Shown: positions 48,101-58,837 of the stretch, one piece after another
Layout: each line of letters begins with the position of its first letter
Position numbering within the stretch: position 1 is the stretch's first letter
Source of the DNA: Klebsormidium nitens
Lineage: Eukaryota > Plantae > Klebsormidiophyceae
Length of the DNA stretch: 64,000 nucleotides
Reading direction: 5' to 3'
Assembly: GCA_000708835.1 (NCBI GenBank)
Contig: DF236970.1
Span: 1-64,000 of the forward strand
Translations under genes and position numbers: made by a program
Notes under the pieces: model-generated
Databases searched by the model: none
What the model was told of the DNA's origin: nothing
The model's input: the letters and a program-made list of their open reading frames with translations, nothing else

Positions 48101-51100
48101 TGAAGGACGGGACGCTGTTTGTGCTGGAACAGTGCCCGGGGTGAGTGTGAATAGGTCCGACGCTTGTATTACCGGGAAGAGAGCGTTTCGTCTTGAGTAC
48201 TGTATTTCCAACAAAAGCCGTGTCCAGTGTAAGCTTTGTACTTTATCATTTTTTGTTTCTGTCTCGAGTAGACGTTACTCTTCAGAGTAGGCGTTACAGG
48301 TGTTCGCGATTTTAAGTGTGTCGAAGTTGAGCGCAGTTTGGCATGCAGATGCTGCCTGCAAAATTGGATTATTTGCTAGTCTTTGTCACGATGACGAATG
48401 ACAAAGTTGCTCAATGGAGTTGGTCGTTACCACTGATAATTGCTCTTCAGAAGTACCGTTCTGCTCCTTTTGGTACTTCGGACAATGCTTCGGACAATGC
48501 AGGAAGGTGCTTATCGAACGAAGCTTTTGTAAAAAGTGCAGACTACTTTTGCTTCGTTGGGCCAAGTTCTCGACGCTTAGGGTTTGGAACGGCGAAGGTC
48601 AAATAAATTGCAGTATCATAGTCCCAAACTCCCAACTGTCCTGCAGACTTTTTCATTAAAGAATTGCCGCGCAGGGAGTTTTCGTAGTTGCTAAAGAACT
48701 GGTTCTCTCCGGTTTAGAAGATCAGAACCAACGTAACAGCGGACTTTGCTGTTGCCTATTTCTAAGCTTGACAAGAAAAAGCCATTTTCCCTGTCATCTT
48801 GATGATATTATTGGTCACAAATTGCCCCATAACGCCTGTCCCTCTCCGCAGATACATTGCTGCGTACGACGCCACTGAGGAATTGCGGACGGCGAATTAC
48901 TTTGCCAGTTACAACACCCCGCACAATAAGACGGCCTACGAGCTGGCAGGCTATCCGGCAATGGGTAAGCACATGCATTTCCGTGCTTTTAACAGAACCC
49001 ACGCACTAAAACCATATTCAAATTGTTGGCCTTGGCATAGGTTTTCGGCTCAAGAAAACCTAGCTTCTGGTTGAAGTCTTGGCGCTGTGTTGGGAGGCGC
49101 CACCGGCTTGTTTGTTTCTCGCTAGCTTCACTCAGCGCACCAGACAGGAGGTTCTTTGTCTGTTTGTTTCTCGTCCTTTCACTGGCGGTAGTCCTCTAAA
49201 CCTTGAAACACTAGAACGTCATTTCCAACTGTTCGCGGTTTCTCTTGTGCCCACCTTTGTGTCGCTCTTTGGAACGGTCGCATCGATTATCTGCGCGAAG
49301 TCACTGCTTGACGCCCCTGCTCGTCTCGCACCGGTCACTATTTCGTTGCACCTTTTGCTAAGCTTTGGAGGGCCTTGATTTCAGATTCCAAGGGCTTTCT
49401 ACTCCCCACAAAATTTGTCGAAGAGTCCAATTTTCGACAAGGGAAAGTCGACCGAGAGTTACGCCAGCCCTAATTTTGCAGTCCTCATCCATCCTGCGCA
49501 GTGACGAAGTTTGGCGACTTCTACACCGTCGAGAACAGCCCGCGGGCGCACCTCTTTGCGCGGGAGCACGTCAAAGTGACGGACATTGACTCGTTCAAGC
49601 ACACGGTCCGCTACAACGATTTCAAGAACGACCCCCTCGGGCGGTGTGCCAATTGCACCCCGCCTTATAATGGAGGTAAGCGTCGTTACCTTTGGGCCAT
49701 GATCCTCTTTCTTATGGAAAAGCACTGTGGAGTTTCTGGCTCGTTTCTAAAAGCTGCTTCTTAGGTGTGCTTCTTAGGCACTCTTAATTTCTGCCAAATC
49801 AGGCCGCCTTCAAGGCGGTATTCAAGTGAAGTTGCGTTCGACCAATGATCGAATCAGAGTATCCTTCCCCTCAAAGATGAATACTGTCGAGAAGCAAAGT
49901 CTGCACTGATCTTCAATAGCAGACCCCGGCTTAACTTGGCCGAGAATTCTCGAGGGCGGTTCGGGGCGGAGCCAGTGTTTCTTGAAGCGGACGTGACGTC
50001 GTGCTGACATCAGGCCGCTCTCGTGCTTCCCGTCCAGAGTTCGGCATCTCCTCGAGGGGCGACCTGAACGTCGCGAACGGTTCGTACCCCTTCAAGGCGG
50101 TCTCGCACCGGGACCATGCCAGCCTGGACGCCAAGGTCACAAGGTGGGTAGTTAAGTTTGTAGGTTAGCGAATCTTGTAGCTAACCAAGGTGGAGCAGGG
50201 TCGGTTGATTGTCCTTACAGGTCTTCACTCTTTGTGCTGTCAGCGAGCAGGTGATGAGCGGTTTAGAGTGGTCCGCTCGTTATCTTATCAGGCTCTGTGA
50301 ATCAGGCAAAATGACTGCAAATGTTCTGTGGAAGGGAAAGAACCTAAAACAGAAGCTTTACCTTTTTAGTTAGGGTTTGGGCATCATGATGATATTGCCA
50401 ATGATACAAACCCGGTGACGATTCACGCATGGGTTGCGTCCCGACCGCATTCAAACAGGATCCAAGCAGGTTTTTTAAAGCTCCTTATGAACCAGGCCGC
50501 TTTCTTGTTCCAGTTCTTATTCAAGCGCTTCGACCGCAGCCAGGGTAGTCGAATCCCATTTCGCGACCTACATTTTGCAGCGACTTTTTGCACGAGTATC
50601 AGAGTGACCCCTTACTCCTGCTTTCGCTGCCCTTTGTCACTCGACGAGTTGGACCTTTTGTGCTGCGGTGCTTTTCCTCGAAGATTAAGCACGGGGCCTA
50701 GTGAGCTCCAACGCGAGAGCGCTTTGAGTCGATCCTATTCACTGGACTCTAAGAGCCCGTTCGCCTGATGCTTATCATTGCTGCTTAGTCAAAGCTTAAG
50801 CTAACCCGGTGTTCCTTGTGCGCAGCGGTGCCTTTGTTGAGCCGTTCTGCAGGTTAATGCCGAATTAGTTGAACGTCGTACGGAGCTGACGACCCCTCCA
50901 GTCGATCGAGCTGGCTTTACTTTCGTTGATTAGTCCCAGGCTAAGCTAACCCGTTGTAATTGGTTATATTAACCCGGTATCCCTTTCCCGCAGCGGTGCC
51001 TTGTTCAAGTCGTTCTCGAGCATCGTGGTAGCCGGTCCCACGTGTGACCAGCAGCCGCCTTTTGATTGGTCCACGTCAGACTTCAACTATCTCCCACACC

Positions 51101-51715
51101 AGGTGCGCTGCTCTGCTATCTGTGTTACTTTTCTGCGGCGAAATCAGGGCGCCGAATCGGGCAGTATTGCTGTGACGTCAACCCAAGCGGTGGCGGCGGC
51201 AGTTGCGAGACCTGTTTTTTGGAACGCTTGTCGAAAAGCTTGTCGTTCAGCTTTGTCCTTTGACCAAGGAGGAGATGGAATGCGACTTCACACGTTTCAT
51301 TCTGCGTCCTCTAGGTTCACCCAGATCCCTGGTCGTGTGGGGCTGTTTGTTCTGATCTCGGATGTCTTTGGCTTCCTGCTTATCAAATACATATTTCCTC
51401 AGTCCCTCATACGATTCCTGTGTTTTCGCACAACGGAATCGGCCCAACCGTGGTTGTTCCGCAGATGGGTTGCTTAGAGATCGCTGCAAACTGCTATTTA
51501 CGAAGCAGCGTTCGGCACAAGTTCTTTGCAGATTCACATTGAAGTTCCTTGAGCAGCCTTATTCAAAAGGGTCGATTCCTTGCGTGCTGAGTGTTGCACG
51601 GCTTCTTTTGCAGGGACACGTGACGGAGTACGCCTTCCCTTGGGTGAAGGTCGATTGGGAGGGCTTACGCGGGGCTACGTTGACAATCAACTCCACAGCA
51701 TGTTCTGCTTACTAG
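42155..51715 (+). CDS. Phospholipase B-like protein (PLBD/Lama family, Ntn-hydrolase); 12 exons
   Basis: Signal peptide MAAMAHVASFLLLWSLLVCIAA. Exons 42155-42331, 43147-43404, 44313-44466, 45103-45260, 45934-46010, 46452-46653, 47752-47939, 48852-48964, 49502-49675, 50038-50143, 50994-51102 and 51614-51715. Motifs: GWNFLQI, AYAAGFVEG.LT, CSALVK (nucleophile Cys), FSSYPA...SGDDFY, VETT, NSGTYNNQW, FASYNTP, PRAHLFAR, RYNDFKNDP, ISSRGDLN, DAKVT and PPFDWS. Confidence 0.93.
43930..44345 (+). repeat. Echo copies of the PLB exon 3 acceptor junction
   Basis: (c)ag|gtcagtctggt occurs at about 43940, 44131 and 44312 (functional). A partial copy (gaacagctcgagaggctc) lies at about 44255. Confidence 0.85.
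47053..47136 (+). repeat. Near-perfect 42-nt tandem duplication in PLB intron 6
   Basis: ggactttgtaaccaaggccgaaagaccctgacgt(a/c)atcgctt occurs twice with one mismatch. Confidence 0.9.
47165..48150 (+). repeat. Four upstream echoes of the start of PLB exon 7 and one downstream echo of its 3' end and donor
   Basis: Copies of gagtggctgcgcaacatggttgccaa.. occur at about 47180, 47325, 47475 and 47605; the functional exon starts at 47752. atcgttgaatacaacctgttcgagccgggagagccgctgaaggacgggacgctgtttgtgctggaacagtgcccggg|gtgagtgtg occupies 48064-48149. Confidence 0.9.
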
Positions 51716-54091
51716 TCAGGATCCTTTGTTGTCCACAAGGGTGCGGTAACATTCATGTCATTTTTTCAGCGCTGCTAAGGTTATTGACGACTCTTGATGG
51801 AGCCTTGGTGATAGAGCGAAGCTTTAAGGTTTGATGATAATTGCTTGATCTTCTTTACCCTGAGCCACGTTGAGCCATCGGGCCGTTGATTCTTGATGCA
51901 AGGCTTGACTCAACATTTTCGTTTGGATGTATAGATATAAGATCGTGAACAGACTAGCAGGGAAACTAGAAGCGGGCATCAGTGAAAGGTGACGTTATAG
52001 GACCATATTGTACTTGAATCGCATTTCATTCAGGGCAGATGCACAAACAGAACTAACCCGGACTTGGACAATAAAGGGAGGCCTTAGTATAGGAAGCCGG
52101 CCGTGTCAATCAAGTGTGTGCATGTAGACACTAAAAGTTAGCAAATGGACTTTTTAGCCCTAATTTGAACCAATATGCATTTATGTAATCAAATTCGAAA
52201 AATGGCACTCTACAAATCAATCAGAGCTAGCGGCCATTGATGCACTTGGTCAACGACTCAGCCTGCACTAGCCCAACGTGGCATTTAGTGTGCATGCCAG
52301 GACGCGCGCGGCGTGCCTGTGTGACTCATGGTGGATCCTGTGGCCGGATCTCTAGAGCTAGCCACCGTCGGTCCATGCCATGTCATGCTTCAACCCTATT
52401 GAGGTCACATAATTCGCGTCATGCATGCATGTCAAAGTTCTGCGAGCCACATATTTTCGAACTCATGCTTGTTGGGTGCTATTGCAACTTTATAAGCAAC
52501 TGGCATTAGTATTGGAACACTGTATAGGCCCGAAACATAAAAGCTATATAGATGCAGCCCCAATATTCCAAACCTCATTATACTGCCTGGAACGTCCTAT
52601 ACATCATGCATGCTAAACTAAGAGAGCGGGAGCGTGAGGAATGAGAGATATGTGCCTATATATTCATATCAACATGGAGGATTTCTATGGCCTGCTGGCA
52701 GCTGCTTCCATCCACTTTGCCAGCTACGCAGGCTCAATCATGCGGTCACATGCATGCCAATCACAACTTCGAGGTGGATCATGATTCAACGATTGGGATC
52801 GAGAACATATGATTCTGGGATCGTTTTTGGCACTAGCTTGAATCTAATGCAATTCTTGTCAATCTGAATATTTATATGATGGCAAATTTGAGGAACTTGA
52901 GTCAACTTATCAGAATGTACATAGAAACTCGAGCTAGGTCTGACGTGGTATCTCCTTCAAAGTTTAGACCGTAGGATCCTGAGGGATGACATTTGCAACC
53001 CGAAAAACGTCGTTTGTCTAGCTAGCACGAGCTAGGTAGCTCTCTCTCAGATCAACGCCTCAAGTCTTTGGATTAAAAATCCAGTTCAGCCCCTCCAAAA
53101 TTCGAGCAACTCGGAGAAATGCCAACTGCTTATACTCGTATTTGCCTGTATTGAACCAACCGCGAGTCTGTATGATTTGCCAATGGGCACCGGAATGTCT
53201 TGCTTTGGAGAGGCATGCCATGACATTCTGGTCTCTTTGTTACTTGGCTACCTTGGTAAGACGCCGCTTTGCAGGAGCGCTTTGAAAGCTCCATGGAGAA
53301 GAGTACGTAGCGGAGCCCGAGGAGCGAGCAGATGACGTCATCTGCTTTGATGCCAACGTGGCACCTCGAAGCTGGCGCCCCAAGTTGGATATTGAGGCCT
53401 TCAACTGTTCGAGGGAGCTTGTTTCCCTCTCTCAAATATGCCAAGCTGTAACCTGCATGGAGTCACCAATCGTCAGTAAGAACATCGTAAAACACCACAT
53501 CAGAAGTTACTCGCTGTTGAGACGCTTGCACATCACTGTACTACTTGCCAGCAGGAGACAAAGGAAAGCCAGCCAACCTGCCTGTCCTGAGAGTCCATTG
53601 GAACAACGCAGCGTTAGGAAAGCCTTTCCTAGAATAGCAACCAGAATGGTAGGATCCTTTTCAATCATTGCAATCAACAATTTTCAAGCAGGCTATCATC
53701 ACACCCAATCGAGTATGACCTGATGATTCAGAAGTGACGGCCGCGCAAGCAGGCACCCTGGGAGCGTGCACTACGAGCAAACCCATTTAGGGCTGGTTCA
53801 TCCTTTGGAATTCTAGATCACTACGAGCAGCTGGAGACGCAACCAATGTGGCAAGAGATCTAGCTTAAGAACATAAGTTTTTGAGCATCGTTGAGTCATG
53901 TGTCTCACATGGTTGGAAAAAAAGTCATCCAACAAGCAAGCAGGCCCCTAATGGGTTCAGCATTGCGTTGCCAAACCACTTTTGAAGTTGAGAGGAATCT
54001 ACACAGTATTTGCTTATAGAGCCATAAACAGGTAATCTGAGCATGTAGGCCCACATACAATTCCAGGAAAACCAATGATTACGCTCACCTC

Positions 54092-54406
54092 TCACTCATC
54101 CCGCTCAATATACTCCTGCACTTTGCGGTCCAACGTGCGCAACTGGGATCTGGTGAACTCCCGTTGACAGTACGGCCCTCCTCTTACACGATTAATGCCA
54201 TGCCGAGCCATGAAACTGAGCGTGAGATCGAATTCATGCTGTGAGTATCTATTCCTGCACCTGATCAGCGCAAAGACTGGCCGATGCATCTTGGTCCATT
54301 CAGAACCTTCCCCTTCGAAATGCTGACTCAGACGCAGTGAAAGATTGTCTGTCTTCCCAATGTAGTAGCAGCCTCCCTTCAGTTTCAAGGCGTACAAGTA
54401 GGCCAT
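54092..54406 (-). CDS. Intronless GIY-YIG nuclease domain protein (104 aa) resembling the small GIY-YIG proteins of large DNA viruses
   Basis: MAYLYALKLKGGCYYIGKTDNLSLRLSQH..GEGSEWTKMHRP...EFDLTLSFMARHGINRVRGG retains the Y..YIG hairpin, the conserved Arg, His and Glu, and the C-terminal G..xVRGG signature. Confidence 0.85.
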   Translation of the reverse strand: MAYLYALKLKGGCYYIGKTDNLSLRLSQHFEGEGSEWTKMHRPVFALIRCRNRYSQHEFDLTLSFMARHGINRVRGGPYCQREFTRSQLRTLDRKVQEYIERDE

Positions 54407-55628
54407 GACTGGAGCAGGTCAGCAAATCCTGCGCCTATCGACCGACTTAATCTGCCCTTTGGACACCTTAGATGTAAATTTGTAGATATTGCGCGCTTTT
54501 GGTGATTATGTATTTCCGTTGTTTGTTGCAATGAGGCATTGCATATATTGCATAAGATGTAAGATCCTCTTACATGAGGATTAAAGTTGCTGCGTGAGTT
54601 ATCTGGAGTATGGACGTCTGCTGGTCCCGTCTGCTCCATTGGCATCTAGATGTTCTAGATGAATGCGCGTTTTGCGGGAACGCACCGTTACGTGACCAGG
54701 GCACATCGACGGCTACTATGCCCAAACTCTTCTGAAATGGACGACTCAGGTCACCAGTGCGCTGGTTTGGTAACCACCACTTGACTTGCAGAGCTCAACT
54801 GAAAGCCAACCTTTGAGAACTCGAAAGGTGAGCACTGAGCATCCCGTGAGGATGAGTGATACCAGATTGTCATTGACAGGACATGACAATGAAAGAGAAC
54901 CATGCTTTCTCTAAGAATCTATTTTATGCCCCGCTGGCCCCCAGCACACTGCTTCCGTTCTCTACCAATTCGTTGGTAACAGTACCCGCATATATGCCCC
55001 CCGCATCATGCTGAAGCTTACGACTTGAAATGATGAAAGCCAAATTCCTTAGGCAGCTCTCGCAATACTCGAAATTTGTCATCAATTATGGAGACCTGGA
55101 AGTCGGTTACTGAATCTACAAGCTACACTAGCTAGCTGATATGAAATTCTAGTGGACAATTGAATTGAATACGCATAAATTCTGTCTCGTGCAGAATTCT
55201 TGATTGTTGTATACGAGTACATGTAGGCATGGTGATGCATGCTGCAATGCGATCGAGCTCAGAGGAGCAATATCGTACTGCCATGACCATGAAGAACATG
55301 CCGCCGGTGCCAGGCCGTCCTTGTGCAACCTGAAGCAATTTAAGGGTATTCGAGGTCTCTCAAGCGTTTGAGCAGATCAACTAGCCGGCGTGCAACTATA
55401 GCGGACTCAAGAACTCATCATGCATCAAGTTTCTCTGATTTTGCGTAACCATAGAATTGTCAACATCATATAGAAGTTGCAAGGATCCAAAGGGATTCTC
55501 TCAGCATTTTTGCTGACACACCACCTGAACCGACCAAACCATCAAGCCAACAATGCCTCATGCACACTCGCTTTGCATGCGGTCTTTATGACAAGCTGCA
55601 AAACAGGAAGCATTTGCGACAATACCAC

Positions 55629-58324
55629 TCATTCATGCATAAATATCCGTGTGCCTATGTCCGACACGATCCAATCAAACCCTGTCAACAATCCGTCACC
55701 TCCAACCGCGCTGCACCCTACAATTTTCCAATGTCGGCTACCGTCCATCAAATCCAGTTGCAACACTTTTGCAATCTGTTCAGGTCGGAGAGCCCCCGTG
55801 ATGTCCTGCTTGTTCGCAAAAATGAGAAGTGAAGCCCCTGCAAGTTTCTGCAAATGAATCGAGAGGCGGAGTTGGACTCTGCTGAGAAAGGTGCCGGAGG
55901 ACCGGTCCACTTGGACAACCAGAAGCAGGGTTTGACGACCTTGGTCGCATGCTGCTGTTGCCACGTAAGCGAAGTCAAGACAAAAGAAAAACACAGCCGC
56001 CCTACCAGTTGCTTACAGAGAAATTTTCTGACGTCCTATCCAAAGGGCTTCCAATTCCGCTATCACTTGAATAGATCAGATGAGGGCTTGGGTACAGTAC
56101 GATAAAACCTTCTGTTCTGGCAGTCTAAAAGGTTGGAAGATCGAGCTGACCGATTGAAAATACACATTGCATAGACCTGCCAAACCTGCACCGTCCAATC
56201 TAGTCCAGCCCTCAGCAATCTCCTCAAACTTTCACTACTCCTTGGTTCCTATTCTTCTCGTGAGAGCCTCGTGGGAGCCAGGTTTGACCGGATCGAGGCT
56301 GATGCACGAGTCACAAACCGATCTCCACTTTCAGATGCATGCATTGGTTGGAACAAGATTGGCAAACCCGCATCAGACCCACGGTGCTTCGTGCTTACCT
56401 CCTCCTTCAAGAGGCCGTGGAGCTCCGCACGGCAGTCATCGAGCCGTCTTAAGTCCGAGCTGTCGACCACCCAGATCATGCCGTCCGTCTGCTCATAGTA
56501 GTTCCGCCAGTACGCTCTTAGAGTCTTCTGTCCGCCAACGTCCCAGATGTTCAACCGGAAACTGGACGGAAATGCATAAATCAGATTTATTTCCTGACAA
56601 GTTGCTTCTCAGACTCGGATACTAAACGAAGAAAGGATGTCAAGCATGTAAGAATCGTTTTGATCTCGACTAAAAATCATGTGAAACAACCTTCTTGAGT
56701 ATTGAAAACAGGGTTCGAAAGCAACCCGAAGATGAGCCCGGAGCCGCCAGGGGACGCCCACTCGAGATAAGCGGAAAAAAGTCGGAAGTTGAAAACCAGT
56801 AAGGTTTCAGATGTACCAGAGGAGAAAGCGCCCCAAGTACGCAAGAAGTAACGATAACAGCACTGAGCGTACTCCTCTTCAAAAAGCACAGAAGTAGAAA
56901 CATGGTAGTTGTGAACAGGCAGCAAACTAAAAAGCGTCACCTGAGATTCACGTAAGTTTCTCTTCCAACAGTTGGTAAAGAAAATGAGCTCGAAAAAGAA
57001 TTAAGCTGTTGCTTGGCACAGGTAACCTTTGCATTCCTCAACCTACTTGACAAGTTGAGGGAGTACCCGAAGGCCGCTGCGGGCGCTGCGGGCTTCTTGC
57101 CCACAAATTACAGAGCACGAAACGCTTTGAACTATGTCCCGCCAGCCTTCAAAGAAGATGCTAGGAAAGTCTGGGAAGGCTGCAACTAAGTCATTGCCAG
57201 GCGCCTAGCTGGTGAAATGATAGACCAAACCTCCCTTGCAAGTCACCTCTAGAGCCAGACCTTGATGACAAGGTTAGTGGTTGATACAATCACAAAGGCA
57301 GCAATTCCATCATAGTCACAGTGGAATCTTGACGAGGCCATCCCGAACTTTGAAAGCATTCTCAATCAATGAAAAGCTTTGGGATTCTGCAAATATACCC
57401 ACAATCTGCACCTCTTCCATCCTGACCGGCGAGCCCAAGCGTGATTGTCTCCGCAGCATGTCTCGGGCTTATGACAATTTAAGTATGGGGGCCAAAGCTT
57501 CCCCTACAGGCAAGGATAATGCCAGCGGTGCTCGTATGTGACGGATTGCTTGATCGGTTTACCAAGAAAATTCCCCCCATTCAAGAGCGAAGAAAAGGAG
57601 GATAAAGCTTGACCATCGAGAGTAAAAAGCGTACTCAAGGTGGTGGATCTAATTAAGGACTGGGACGCTATACCAACAATCATATCATACTTTTCAGTGA
57701 CTGGTTCAGAAGGACAAGAGCTGCAGCGTGCGTGGCTTCGCCACTGGCAAGCCCTCTCAAAGTGCACCTTTTCAGAGCTGAAATACGAGCATGCACTGCA
57801 AGCCCAAGGCTTGACTTAAGCATTTCTTCAAGACATTGGTTCTTATCCTCATCAGCAAAATATGAAGGTCAAGCACATTTCTCAAGAAAGAAAAGAAGCT
57901 CTGCTTGAGATCCTGTGACGCACCACTCAATCAAAGCTCAAACAAGGCACTTAAGCCAGACTGTTACTCACTTTTTGTATTGCATGGTCTTGATGTTGAA
58001 GCCAAGAGTAGGACTGATGGTACTGGTGTCTTCACCGTTTATCCGCTTGACAATCGTTGTCTTGCCAGCATTGTCAAGGCCCCTGTAACAACAGTGGGTG
58101 GTTTGAGCTCTCTGTGACCACCTGAGAATTGGCTCAGCAGCATAGTTGGTTGCTTCCAAACCCTAATTTGACAATTGTGATCCTCCAAATCCAAGCAAAC
58201 CTGGGAAGGTGCAAAAAGCAGCCGGCTTAATCATAGTCAGTCGGTCAGGGAATCCTTACACCATCAGAAGGCGCATCTCCTTCTCCTTCTGCTTCACCTT
58301 CTTGATGATGGTAAGCAGGCCCAT
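55629..58324 (-). CDS. ARL2: ADP-ribosylation factor-like GTPase 2 (ARL2/TITAN5 type); 4 exons
   Basis: Exons 58324 to about 58263 ([22 protein letters not shown]), 58082-57972 (GLDNAGKTT...[10 protein letters not shown]), 56561-56399 ([24 protein letters not shown]) and 55847-55629 ([11 protein letters not shown]...HWKIVGCSA). The N-terminus is the ARL2 signature. Confidence 0.95.
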
Positions 58325-58837
58325 TTTTTGGACGAGAATGTTTTCTCCTCAAGCCCTGCGGATAAGCAGCATGATTCCTTATCCAGATGAGAGCTGCTGT
58401 TCTCAGAAAAGCGGAGCAATCGATGCAAGGCCAAACCTCAGCTTTTTGCAACTCTAAGCGCTGATCCAGCTGTCCCAACCAGCTATACTAATAGCCTGAG
58501 CTCAGGTATCTCTGTGGGAGCTAGCTGTAGCTGTACCTGAGTACCGGTGGCAGCTTCAAGTTCAACTTCAACTTCAAGTTCAAGCTAGTTCAAGGCTCAC
58601 CAGCAGTACCTAGGGGTTAGGCACACGTTGGGCAGTACGAGTTTGAACGGCTCGGATGCTTTTGGAAACAACACGTCAGCTGTATTCGAATTTTGGAGCC
58701 GTCGATGAGTGATCCGTGACTCAGAGTGATCCCCTTCAAAGTGGACTTCGGGCCTCTGCGACTCAGCTGCAAAATGGACAAAGAAGACAGTTGTAAAATT
58801 GCAGTGTTCACATTATCTCGAGTGAAGGCGCTCTGAC
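58325..58837. promoter_or_regulatory. Short head-to-head intergenic region (probable bidirectional promoter) between ARL2 and the DUF3598 gene, containing a TTCAA(G/C) hexamer microsatellite
   Basis: About 510 nt separate the divergent ATGs. ttcaagttcaacttcaacttcaagttcaag lies at about 58555-58585. The DUF3598 start codon is uncertain. Confidence 0.45.

Noticed and set aside
53130-53444. 104-aa minus-strand ORF near the GIY-YIG gene, considered as a GRF-type zinc finger (RPECHG..)
   Set aside because: It lacks the remaining Cys and the GRxF motif, so the call cannot be supported.
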